31,879 nucleotides of DNA from Clostridia bacterium (lineage in GTDB: Bacteria; Bacillota; Clostridia; Oscillospirales; CAG-272), in NCBI GenBank assembly GCA_017397205.1, contig JAFQJX010000041.1, positions 1 through 31,879 on the forward strand, read 5' to 3'. The notes beneath the pieces are model-generated. The model ran no database searches and was not told where the DNA came from. It worked only from the letters and a program-made list of their open reading frames with translations. Shown here piece after piece: positions 1 to 7,450 of the stretch; position 1 is the stretch's first letter; every line of letters starts with the position of its first letter. Both the position numbers and the translations under genes were made by a program.

Positions 1-289
1 CACAATAGTGCATCCAAAACTGAAAAAGCAGCAAAACAGGGTGCTTTCAGACGTCTGTCTGTTCGTACAGGCGGCAACACAAGAGATGCGGCGACAAAAA
101 AGCAGCTGCAAAAGAAGCGGCAGCAAGAGAAACAACCGCAAGGCAAGCCAAGACGGGGCAGGGCGCCTCAAAATCTCCTTGTTTTTTTGCGGCTTGTCTT
201 GATTTTTTCATATTTTTTTGGTATTTTATTATTAATAGAAAATATCGTGTGTAGAATTACCATATTTTACCACTATGCAGGAGGCAGAC

Positions 290-1168
290 ATGAGCAAATT
301 ATCAGGACTTGGCAGAGGGCTTGGCGTCCTCTTTGACGACAACGCGCACGAAGCAGGCGACGAGGGCGGTACCAAGCTTCACTCCATACGCGTGGCGATG
401 ATTGAGCCGAACAGGAATCAGCCCCGTCAGCATTTTGACGAGGAGGCGCTGGCGCAGCTTGCCGCGTCCATTTCCGCACACGGACTGCTTCAGCCCATTC
501 TGGTGCGCCCCCTGCCAAACGACCGCTATCAGATTGTGGCAGGTGAGCGCCGTTGGCGCGCCTCCCGTATGGCAGGGCTGACGGAAATCCCCGCCATTGT
601 CCTTCGGGAGGGAGAAAAGGAAACCGCCGAGATTTCCCTCATTGAAAACATTCAGCGTGAGGACCTGAATCCCCTTGAGGAGGCGATGGCATACCGCGCC
701 CTGATGGACGGCTTTGGGCTGACGCAGGAGCGCCTTGCAGAGCGCGTTGGAAAGAGCCGCCCTGCGATTGCAAACGCCCTGCGCCTTCTGGACCTGCCCG
801 AGGAGCTTCTGCCCCTGGTCAAGGACGGAGCCCTGTCGGCAGGGCACGCACGTGCGCTCCTCGGCTGCAAGGACCGTGCCGTGATGGTGAAGCTGGGACA
901 GCTTGCCGCCATCGGCGGACTTTCCGTGCGTGAGCTTGAAAAAGAGGTCAAGCGCGCCAACCGCCCCGTAAGGGAAGCAGGTGAAAAGCCCTATCGCGTG
1001 GACTACGCCGCCGACCTTGCCTCCCGCATGATGACGCATCTCGGGCGCCGCGTGGCAATCTCCGACCGCGGTCCTCAAAAGACCGTGACGCTGTATTACG
1101 AGGACAACGAGGACCTGGAAATCCTCTTGACCCAGCTTTGCGGCGCAGATTTCCTGGACCAGATTTAA
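290..1168 (+). CDS. parB: ParB/Spo0J chromosome partitioning protein
   Basis: ParB motifs PNRNQPRQHF, HGLLQPILVR, YQIVAGERRWRAS, ENIQREDLNPLEEA; HTH KSRPAIANALRLL; SAGHARALL. Start moved to ATG 290 because AGGAGG at 279-284 precedes it. Confidence 0.95.
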   Translation: MSKLSGLGRGLGVLFDDNAHEAGDEGGTKLHSIRVAMIEPNRNQPRQHFDEEALAQLAASISAHGLLQPILVRPLPNDRYQIVAGERRWRASRMAGLTEIPAIVLREGEKETAEISLIENIQREDLNPLEEAMAYRALMDGFGLTQERLAERVGKSRPAIANALRLLDLPEELLPLVKDGALSAGHARALLGCKDRAVMVKLGQLAAIGGLSVRELEKEVKRANRPVREAGEKPYRVDYAADLASRMMTHLGRRVAISDRGPQKTVTLYYEDNEDLEILLTQLCGADFLDQI

Positions 1169-1345
1169 TAGGCAAGGCCACCCTGCCAAGCGCCGCTTCC
1201 CGCGCTCCCTGCTGCCGAGGGCAGCACGGGGTGGAGCCGCCTGGCGTGTGCGTTTTGCGATTTGCCCGAGGCGGAGCCCCCTTGTTGTTGCATTCGCACA
1301 ACGTCTGAAGGGCCGCCCTCCGCCCCACGTCAAAAGGAGATACTT

Positions 1346-2029
1346 ATGACACGACCCCTATTTTTGCTTTCGGGCTATTGGAAGGAGCTGTTTGTTGTGA
1401 ACGGGAGCGAGGAGGGCACTCTCCTCTCGCTTCTTCCCGTTATGATCACCGCCGTCTGCATCGGCGTCATGCTGGCAGGGATCTGGTTTACCCTGACGCG
1501 CGCGCTTGAGAGCTATTTTCTTTCGCACCTTGTAAGCGCCCCCGCGACGGAGCAGGGCACAACCCTTACTGAGATGGGGCTTGACCCCACCTCCAAAAAA
1601 GCCAGACTGCTGCTCTGGCTCTTGCGCCGCCCCTCCTGCTCACTTTACCGATTTATTTCGCACACCGAAAAGGTCCGCCACGACGAGGAGCTGTCCCGTC
1701 TTGCAGAGGGCACGTCGCCTGTCGCCACCGAGAAAGCACAAGAGAGCGGCGACGGAGATTCTTGCGAAGCACAGGACACCGCGCAGGACGTGCGGGCGCT
1801 CAAGCGCGCACGTCGCAGAGCGTTCCGCGAGGGCGCCCGTGGCTACACGCTGTCCCCCGACACCCGTTATTTTCTGCTTCCGGGCGAGATTGACCGCGCA
1901 CAGCAAAGAGCCAAGGACTTCGGCTCCTCCTCGTGGATGTCGCTCATCTATACGCTGCTCTTTTCCGCAGGCGTCTGGTTTGCGTTGCTGAACGTGCTGG
2001 ACCGTCTGGTTGCATTTTTCGTAGGGTAA
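1346..2029 (+). CDS. Hypothetical membrane protein (N- and C-terminal hydrophobic segments)
   Basis: AAAGGAGA RBS at 1333-1340 then ATG 1346. Hydrophobic stretches LLPVMITAVCIGVMLAGIWF and LIYTLLFSAGVWFALL. Stop is 1 nt before the next start. Confidence 0.75.
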   Translation: MTRPLFLLSGYWKELFVVNGSEEGTLLSLLPVMITAVCIGVMLAGIWFTLTRALESYFLSHLVSAPATEQGTTLTEMGLDPTSKKARLLLWLLRRPSCSLYRFISHTEKVRHDEELSRLAEGTSPVATEKAQESGDGDSCEAQDTAQDVRALKRARRRAFREGARGYTLSPDTRYFLLPGEIDRAQQRAKDFGSSSWMSLIYTLLFSAGVWFALLNVLDRLVAFFVG

Positions 2030-2030
2030 T

Positions 2031-2654
2031 ATGGCAATACTGTATTTTGAAGCATGCGCCGCCGCACCCTATCTTGACGGCGCCAAGCGCGATCTGTTTA
2101 CAAGCCGCCTGCCCGAGGCAAGGCGGGCAAGAATTTCCTCCCCCCGACGTGAGGAGCGCCGCGCCCTCCGCGCGGCGGCTGAACGCGCGTTCCAGCGCGC
2201 CGCAAGGCGCGCGGGCGTGGACTATTTTTCCCTTGCCGTGGCATATACTGATTTGGGCAAGCCCTATGTTGAGGGGAGGCCCGACCTTGCCGTTTCCTTT
2301 TCCTACAGCGACGGCTATGCCTGTGCCCTGCTTGCCGTAGCGGAGGAGGGAGGCGCCTTGCAGGTGGGCGTGGATATGGAGCGCGACCTGCCGAACGAGC
2401 ACCGCGACGCGCTGGCGGAGCGCTATTTCTCCCCCGAGCGGCTTGCCGAATACCGCGCGGCGGACGCCGCCGAACAAAACGAAACCTTTCTGCGCCTTTG
2501 GGTGCAGACGGAGGCGGCAGTCAAGCTGACGGGACAGGGGCTGCAGGCGTGTCGGACGGACGCCACCGCGCCCTACGGAGCGACCCTGCGGCACACCCTT
2601 GACGGCGCCCAGTTTTTTGTGGCACTCGCCGCAAGTGAGCCGTTTTCGCTCTGA
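2031..2654 (+). CDS. Sfp-type 4'-phosphopantetheinyl transferase family protein
   Basis: Motifs GKPY, VGVDME and FLRLWxxxEAAVKLTGQGL match the PPTase superfamily. Confidence 0.8.
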   Translation: MAILYFEACAAAPYLDGAKRDLFTSRLPEARRARISSPRREERRALRAAAERAFQRAARRAGVDYFSLAVAYTDLGKPYVEGRPDLAVSFSYSDGYACALLAVAEEGGALQVGVDMERDLPNEHRDALAERYFSPERLAEYRAADAAEQNETFLRLWVQTEAAVKLTGQGLQACRTDATAPYGATLRHTLDGAQFFVALAASEPFSL

Positions 2655-2659
2655 GCCCC

Positions 2660-2688
2660 TTGCAATATAAAAAAGAATATGCTACAAT
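2660..2688 (+). promoter_or_regulatory. Sigma-A type promoter
   Basis: TTGCAA (2660-2665), 17 bp spacer, TG-extended TACAAT (2683-2688). Confidence 0.7.
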
Positions 2689-2720
2689 ACTCTTGTAAAA
2701 ACCCGAAAGGAGTGTACCTG

Positions 2721-3182
2721 ATGAAGCTGTTTAAAAATCTGTTCACCCTGGCAACCCTTGCCGCAGTCGTTCCCTATAAGGTGACCGCAACCCCCGTCAG
2801 CGAGGAGGAGGGCGCCGCAAAGGATATTACCGTAGAATCCCTGACCTACCGCGTGGACGTGCTCCACAAGGAGGAGGGCAAGGACGGCGAGGTGAAAATC
2901 ACCGTTCCCGCCGAGGGCATTAAGCGCGTGATTGCATTCGTGCGCGGCAAGATTCCCGTAGTAAAGGAAGCCGCCGTACAGGTTAAGGACAAGGCAATCG
3001 CCCTCAAGGATAAGGCCGTTGAGTGCAAGGACAAGGTCGTCTCCCGCTTCCGCCGCGAGGAGGAGGCAGAGGAGGTACCCGAGGAGGAAATCACCGTTGA
3101 GGTGGTCGTCACCCCCGAGGAAACTGCCACCGAGACCGCCCCCGCCAAGAGAAAGTCCACCCGCAAAAAGACGACGGAGTAA
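2721..3182 (+). CDS. Hypothetical protein with heptad K-D-K-A repeats, acidic region and basic tail
   Basis: GAAAGGAG RBS before ATG 2721; flanked by a promoter and a terminator. Confidence 0.75.
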   Translation: MKLFKNLFTLATLAAVVPYKVTATPVSEEEGAAKDITVESLTYRVDVLHKEEGKDGEVKITVPAEGIKRVIAFVRGKIPVVKEAAVQVKDKAIALKDKAVECKDKVVSRFRREEEAEEVPEEEITVEVVVTPEETATETAPAKRKSTRKKTTE

Positions 3183-3194
3183 TCCGAATGCAAA

Positions 3195-3228
3195 GCAAAA
3201 GAGCAAGCCGTGCGGCTTGCTCTTTTGC
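3195..3228 (+). terminator. Intrinsic terminator
   Basis: GCAAAAGAGCAAGCC-gtgc-GGCTTGCTCTTTTGC inverted repeat just after the stop at 3182. Confidence 0.85.
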
Positions 3229-3308
3229 CGTTTGGCTGAATTGCGACGTTTGCTGGCGTTCACCCCCACGCCTTTTCTTTTCTCACGCACCGTACAGAAA
3301 CTCGCCGT

Positions 3309-3385
3309 TCGTGGAACTCCACGAGAGAACAAAGCTTGCAGTTCCTATAATAATTTCGTGGAACACCGATAAGGAATTCCACGAA
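3309..3385. promoter_or_regulatory. Operator-like inverted repeats around a TATAAT box, upstream of the XRE gene
   Basis: TCGTGGA-ac-TCCACGA (3309-3324), TATAAT (3346-3351), TTCGTGGAA (3355-3363) paired with TTCCACGAA (3377-3385). Confidence 0.55.
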
Positions 3386-3396
3386 GGAGTGTGGAT

Positions 3397-3639
3397 ATGG
3401 ACATCAACAGCGCCATTATAAAAAGGATTGAAGAAATCTGCGAGGAAAAGAAAATCAACGTTTGTGAAGCCGCGCTCGGCGGCGGAAAATCTCCGTCGGC
3501 GATCTACGATCTGTTGAAAGGCAGAACGAAATGCCCTAAGGTTTCAACCGTCAAGGCGTTTTGTCAGGGCGCGGGCATCACCCTGTCGGAGTTCTTCGAT
3601 AAAGAATATTTTAATGATTTCGAAGACGGAACCGTATAA
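3397..3639 (+). CDS. Small XRE-family helix-turn-helix transcriptional regulator
   Basis: RIEEICEEKKI...SPSAIYDLLKGRTKCPKVSTVKAFCQGAGITLSEFF is a typical clostridial XRE pattern; GAAGGAG RBS at 3383-3389. Confidence 0.85.
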   Translation: MDINSAIIKRIEEICEEKKINVCEAALGGGKSPSAIYDLLKGRTKCPKVSTVKAFCQGAGITLSEFFDKEYFNDFEDGTV

Positions 3640-3660
3640 TTGTTTTTGTGTTGCACAAGA

Positions 3661-3691
3661 AAAGAGCAGTCGCAACGGGCGACTGCTCTTT
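3661..3691. terminator. Bidirectional terminator between the convergent XRE and GNAT genes
   Basis: AAAGAGCAGTCGC-aacgg-GCGACTGCTCTTT. Confidence 0.85.
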
Positions 3692-3729
3692 CATTTTTTG
3701 CTTCACAAGTGCCCGTGGCTCCCCACGCA

Positions 3730-4263
3730 TTACGCGCCGGAGTTCATCACCTTTTGGAAGCGGAACATTTCGCTCGGCCCCTCCTGCGGGTCACTCTCCT
3801 CGTCCTTGTCATAGAAAAACTCAACGATGTGGAACCCACATTTGTTGACGTAGAAATGGATGTTTCTCTTTTCAAAATAGGGGGTCACCGTTTCCCAGAC
3901 CTTGGTCTTGGGATAAAGCGCCTCAAGCTCCAGCCATGCGCCGTAGCCAATTCCCTTGCTATGATAGGCGGGAGAAACAAAGAGGATTTCAAGCTCGTTG
4001 TGCTGTGCTTCGGGGTCAATCTTAACAATCACCCCGCCAACGTTCTCCCCCTCGCAGACAATTCGGTAGGTGTCGTTTTTGGGGTCGTCAATGCACCCCT
4101 CGATGGTTTTGCGGGAGATGATTTCCCCATCGTCATCCATGTGGTCATCCCGCATTCCAAACTCCTCAAGCGCCCCGTATTTGAATGCCCATTGGTTGTC
4201 AAGGATAAACTGCTCTCTGTCCTCGGGCAAAAGGCGGGTGAGCGTAACCTTTGTGTTTTTCAT
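3730..4263 (-). CDS. GNAT-family N-acetyltransferase
   Basis: Acetyl-CoA motif LFVSPAYHSKGIG; RNIHFYVNKCGF; AGGAGG RBS. Confidence 0.9.
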   Translation of the reverse strand: MKNTKVTLTRLLPEDREQFILDNQWAFKYGALEEFGMRDDHMDDDGEIISRKTIEGCIDDPKNDTYRIVCEGENVGGVIVKIDPEAQHNELEILFVSPAYHSKGIGYGAWLELEALYPKTKVWETVTPYFEKRNIHFYVNKCGFHIVEFFYDKDEESDPQEGPSEMFRFQKVMNSGA

Positions 4264-4274
4264 ATCTTCCTCCT

Positions 4275-4409
4275 AAAAAATATGCTCGGCATAACGCAAA
4301 AAAGCGTAATACCGAGCTCACTCGTCATCTTATCCGACAGGCGGCCTGCAAGCGTTTGCCTGCGATCCCCTACACTACGGTGTACTGTCCTCCGATGGCT
4401 TACGGTACT
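4275..4409 (-). promoter_or_regulatory. Structured 5' leader with a terminator hairpin before the GNAT RBS (candidate attenuator or riboswitch)
   Basis: Minus-strand helices TACAC/GTGTA, GCAGGC/GCTTGC and GACAG/CTGTC, then GCTCGGTATTACGC/GCGTTATGCCGAGC followed by ATATTTTTT. Confidence 0.5.
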
Positions 4410-4438
4410 ATGGTAACGCAAACGAGAGAAAAAGTCAA
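4410..4438 (-). promoter_or_regulatory. Sigma-A type promoter of the GNAT gene
   Basis: Minus strand TTGACT, 17 bp spacer, TACCAT. Confidence 0.7.
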
Positions 4439-4495
4439 GCAAAAGCGCAACAAAGAGCAAGAGTAAAAGGAAACAAATCCTTCTGTTCTTGCTCT

Positions 4496-4614
4496 TTTCT
4501 GCTTGTATAAGGGTTTGGGCGGAGCTGCTCTGCAGCTCGTGTCCATCTTTGTATTTGACCGGACAAATGCGATGCTCGCACTTAGCGGTTTTTTCATATT
4601 TTCCGCTAAGAACA
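4496..4614 (-). repeat. Dispersed intergenic repeat, copy A
   Basis: The reverse complement matches 31640-31741 in three blocks; the 35-nt core 4548-4582 has one mismatch. Confidence 0.85.
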
Positions 4615-4761
4615 GCACCCATTTGCGGCTGCTCTTTTGTTTTTTGTTTGCCCCTATGGGTGTTGCGCGCCCCCTTTTCTCGGCTTCCCGTGGGTTATAC
4701 GGGCGTTTTGCGGGGGGTTTTTAGGGGTTTTGCGGCTTCTCCTTGGGGAAACGCCTGTGCG

Positions 4762-6606
4762 TCAGGTGTCCAGCACGATGGGCAGGACCATGGGGCGGCG
4801 CTTGGTCTGGCGGTAAAAATACTTTTGCAGCTCCTCCCGCAGGGTGGTACGCAGGGCAGGGAGGTCGGGCGAGCGGCGGCGGATTTCCTTTTCCACGAGC
4901 CGCACCGTGAGTGCCTTGGCGCCCTCCATCAGCTTTTCTGCATCCTTATGGAATACGAAGCCCTTGGTGGTGATTTCGGGGGCGGAAACGATATATCCGT
5001 CATACGCGCTCACCGCGCAGGCAACCGTGACGATGCCGTCCTCCGCAAGATGCCTTCTCTCGCGCAGGACCACGCCGCCGACGTCGCCCACACCTGCGCC
5101 GTCAATGAACACCTGCCCCGCAGGGACGCTCTCTCCAAGATGCACGCCGCCGCGGTCCACCTCAACGACCTTGCCGTTTTCCGCAATCACGACGTTTGCC
5201 GAGGAGATTACCATCTGCTCCGCCAGCTCCTTGTGCGCGGCGAGGTGGCGGCTTTCCCCGTGAACGGGCATAAAGAATTTGGGTCTGACGAGCCCGAGCA
5301 TCAGCTTGAGCTCCTCCTGGCAGGCGTGCCCCGATACGTGCACCTCTGCCGTGCTGGTCTTGAATACACCCACGCCGTTTTTGGTCAGGGCGTTGATAAT
5401 CTTTCCGACGAGCTTTTCGTTGCCCGGAATGGGGTGCGAGGAAAGGACCACAAGGTCCTGTCCCGAGAGCTTGACCTTATCGTGCTCGCCGAATGCCATA
5501 CGGTACAAGGCGGACATGGGCTCGCCCTGGCTCCCCGTGGTAATCAGGCACAGCTGGGCGGGGCGGTATTTCTTCATTTCACCGATATCCACGAGCGTTC
5601 CCTCGGGCACGTGCATATAGCCAAGCTCGGTGGCGGCGCGCACGATATTGACCATGCTCCGCCCCATAATCACCACCTTACGGCGGTGGCGGACGGCGGC
5701 ATCAATAATCTGCTGCACGCGGTGGACGTTGGAGGAGAAGGTGGCGATGATGACCCGCTTTTCCTTATAATTTGAAAAAATGTATTCAATGGAGGAGCCC
5801 ACGGATTTTTCCGAGGGGGTGTACCCCGGGCGCTCCGCGTTGGTGGACTCGCCCATCATGAGAAGCACGCCCGCCTTACCGATTTCACCGATGCGGGTAA
5901 TGTCCATCATTTTTCCGTCAATGGGAGAGGTATCCAGCTTGAAATCTCCCGTATGGAACACCATTCCGACGGGGGTGCGGATTGCCAGCGCGCAGGCGTC
6001 GGGAATGGAATGATTGACGTGCACGAACTCCACGGAGAAGGCACCCAGCCGCACGGTATCTCCCGCGCGCACCACCTTGAGATTCGGCTTACTTGCAAAG
6101 TGGAACTCCTGGAGCTTGTTTTTGAGAATGCCTGCCGTCAGGGCGGTGCAGTAAACGGGAACGGGAAGCTCCTGCAGCACGTAGGGCAAGCCCCCGATAT
6201 GGTCCTCGTGCCCGTGGGTAATGACAATGCCGCGCACGCGGTCCAGGCGTGCCGTCAGGTACGAAATATCGGGAATGACAAGGTCAACCCCCAGCATATC
6301 CCCGTCGGGGAATGCCACGCCGCAGTCAATGAGCATGATATCGTCGCCGTACTCAAGGACCGTGAGATTCTTTCCGATTTCGCCCAATCCTCCAAGAGGA
6401 ATCACGCGAAGCGCGTGTGCGCCCCCCGCGTTCTTTTGTCCCTTGGACCTGTTGGAGGTGCCGCCCGTCGCCTTGCGCGCGGTGCCTGCGCCCGTCCTGT
6501 TCTTGGTCGCGGCGCCACTCGCCGCTCTTTGGTTGCTTGCGGCGCGGGAACGGTTGTAGCCCGTTCGTCCACCGCCGCCGTTGTTTTTGTTTTCAGCTTG
6601 CGTCAT
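4762..6606 (-). CDS. rnj: Ribonuclease J
   Basis: PLGGLGEIGKN, HGHEDHIG, DFKLD, GESTNAE, HVSGHA and PVHGE motifs; AAAGGAG RBS. Confidence 0.95.
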   Translation of the reverse strand: MTQAENKNNGGGGRTGYNRSRAASNQRAASGAATKNRTGAGTARKATGGTSNRSKGQKNAGGAHALRVIPLGGLGEIGKNLTVLEYGDDIMLIDCGVAFPDGDMLGVDLVIPDISYLTARLDRVRGIVITHGHEDHIGGLPYVLQELPVPVYCTALTAGILKNKLQEFHFASKPNLKVVRAGDTVRLGAFSVEFVHVNHSIPDACALAIRTPVGMVFHTGDFKLDTSPIDGKMMDITRIGEIGKAGVLLMMGESTNAERPGYTPSEKSVGSSIEYIFSNYKEKRVIIATFSSNVHRVQQIIDAAVRHRRKVVIMGRSMVNIVRAATELGYMHVPEGTLVDIGEMKKYRPAQLCLITTGSQGEPMSALYRMAFGEHDKVKLSGQDLVVLSSHPIPGNEKLVGKIINALTKNGVGVFKTSTAEVHVSGHACQEELKLMLGLVRPKFFMPVHGESRHLAAHKELAEQMVISSANVVIAENGKVVEVDRGGVHLGESVPAGQVFIDGAGVGDVGGVVLRERRHLAEDGIVTVACAVSAYDGYIVSAPEITTKGFVFHKDAEKLMEGAKALTVRLVEKEIRRRSPDLPALRTTLREELQKYFYRQTKRRPMVLPIVLDT

Positions 6607-6624
6607 AAGCGCTCCTTTTCTGCC

Positions 6625-6909
6625 TCACAGGAGGCACAGCATGGTGATGACGGCGCCTGTCAGGGCGCCTGCTACGTAGAGCAATCCGTCAAGGAGGAGC
6701 CGCGGATTGCTTTTTGTTGTTTCCCCGTCCGCCACTTGCGTCGGGGTCTGCCCCTCGCGCGACAGCAGGCGGTTTGCCTCCTCCACCATCGTGGTGCGGG
6801 TGGGGGTCTGCCTTGCGGGCTGGGGCTTGACAATCAGGAATGCCTCCTCAAAGAGGGAGCTTTCCGGGGTTTTCAGATGAATGATTTGCTTTTGGGTGCC
6901 ACGGACCAT
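6625..6909 (-). CDS. Small hypothetical protein with a C-terminal transmembrane helix
   Basis: GAGGT RBS; C-terminal LLYVAGALTGAVITMLCLL; ends 18 nt before the rnj start. Confidence 0.7.
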   Translation of the reverse strand: MVRGTQKQIIHLKTPESSLFEEAFLIVKPQPARQTPTRTTMVEEANRLLSREGQTPTQVADGETTKSNPRLLLDGLLYVAGALTGAVITMLCLL

Positions 6910-7012
6910 AGGAATACCTCTTTCAAAAATGGATACTCCATTGTTTACCCGTGGGCAACCGTTTTATACAATACGTATGCACGCGCGTGCACAAACTTGT
7001 CCCCGATTTTTC

Positions 7013-7393
7013 TTAACCGAACAGACGGGCAAACAGCCCCTTGCGCCGCTTGGTGTTTCCCTCTTGCCCTGCCTCGGGTGCGGTGGGCGCCTGTTCCGTC
7101 GCCTCTGCCGTCCTGGGTGCGGTCTGCGCTTGCCGTTCGGGCGCCACCCTTGCGTCGGGTGTGGCGGCAGGCGCGGCAGGTGCGCCGTCAAGGGACAGGA
7201 CGGGGTCCAGAAGCGCGTCTACGCTGACGCCGAACAGGTCGCGCAGGGCGAGCAGGGTCATTGCCTCGGGATAGGACTCTCCCTTTTCCCATTTATAAAC
7301 GGATTGGCGCGAAACGCCAACCTTCTCCGCCAGGGCCGCCTGGGTATATCCGTGCTTTGCGCGGAGAAATACGAGCTTTTCGTGAAATTGCAT
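7013..7393 (-). CDS. XRE-family HTH protein with an Ala/Pro linker and an amphipathic C-terminal tail
   Basis: LRAKHGYTQAALAEKVGVSRQSVYKWEKGESYP is a classic XRE HTH; ends KRRKGLFARLFG. Confidence 0.85.
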   Translation of the reverse strand: MQFHEKLVFLRAKHGYTQAALAEKVGVSRQSVYKWEKGESYPEAMTLLALRDLFGVSVDALLDPVLSLDGAPAAPAATPDARVAPERQAQTAPRTAEATEQAPTAPEAGQEGNTKRRKGLFARLFG

Positions 7394-7450
7394 GGTGGCT
7401 CCCTTCGGTCTTTTTGAAACTGCTCTCTGTGTGTGACGTTGCTTGCTTTT

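Noticed and set aside
1-202. ORF 8..202 (+), and a hydrophobic minus-strand frame from TTG 171 running off the left edge
   Set aside because: The plus ORF has no RBS and looks like a low-complexity shadow. The minus candidate has AAGGAG only 3 nt from its start and is truncated, so neither can be supported.
6971-6991. Palindromes ATACGTAT and TGCACGCGCGTGCA, and a partial sigma-F/E-like promoter upstream of the 6625..6909 gene
   Set aside because: Single occurrence, and the -10 element fits no consensus well.
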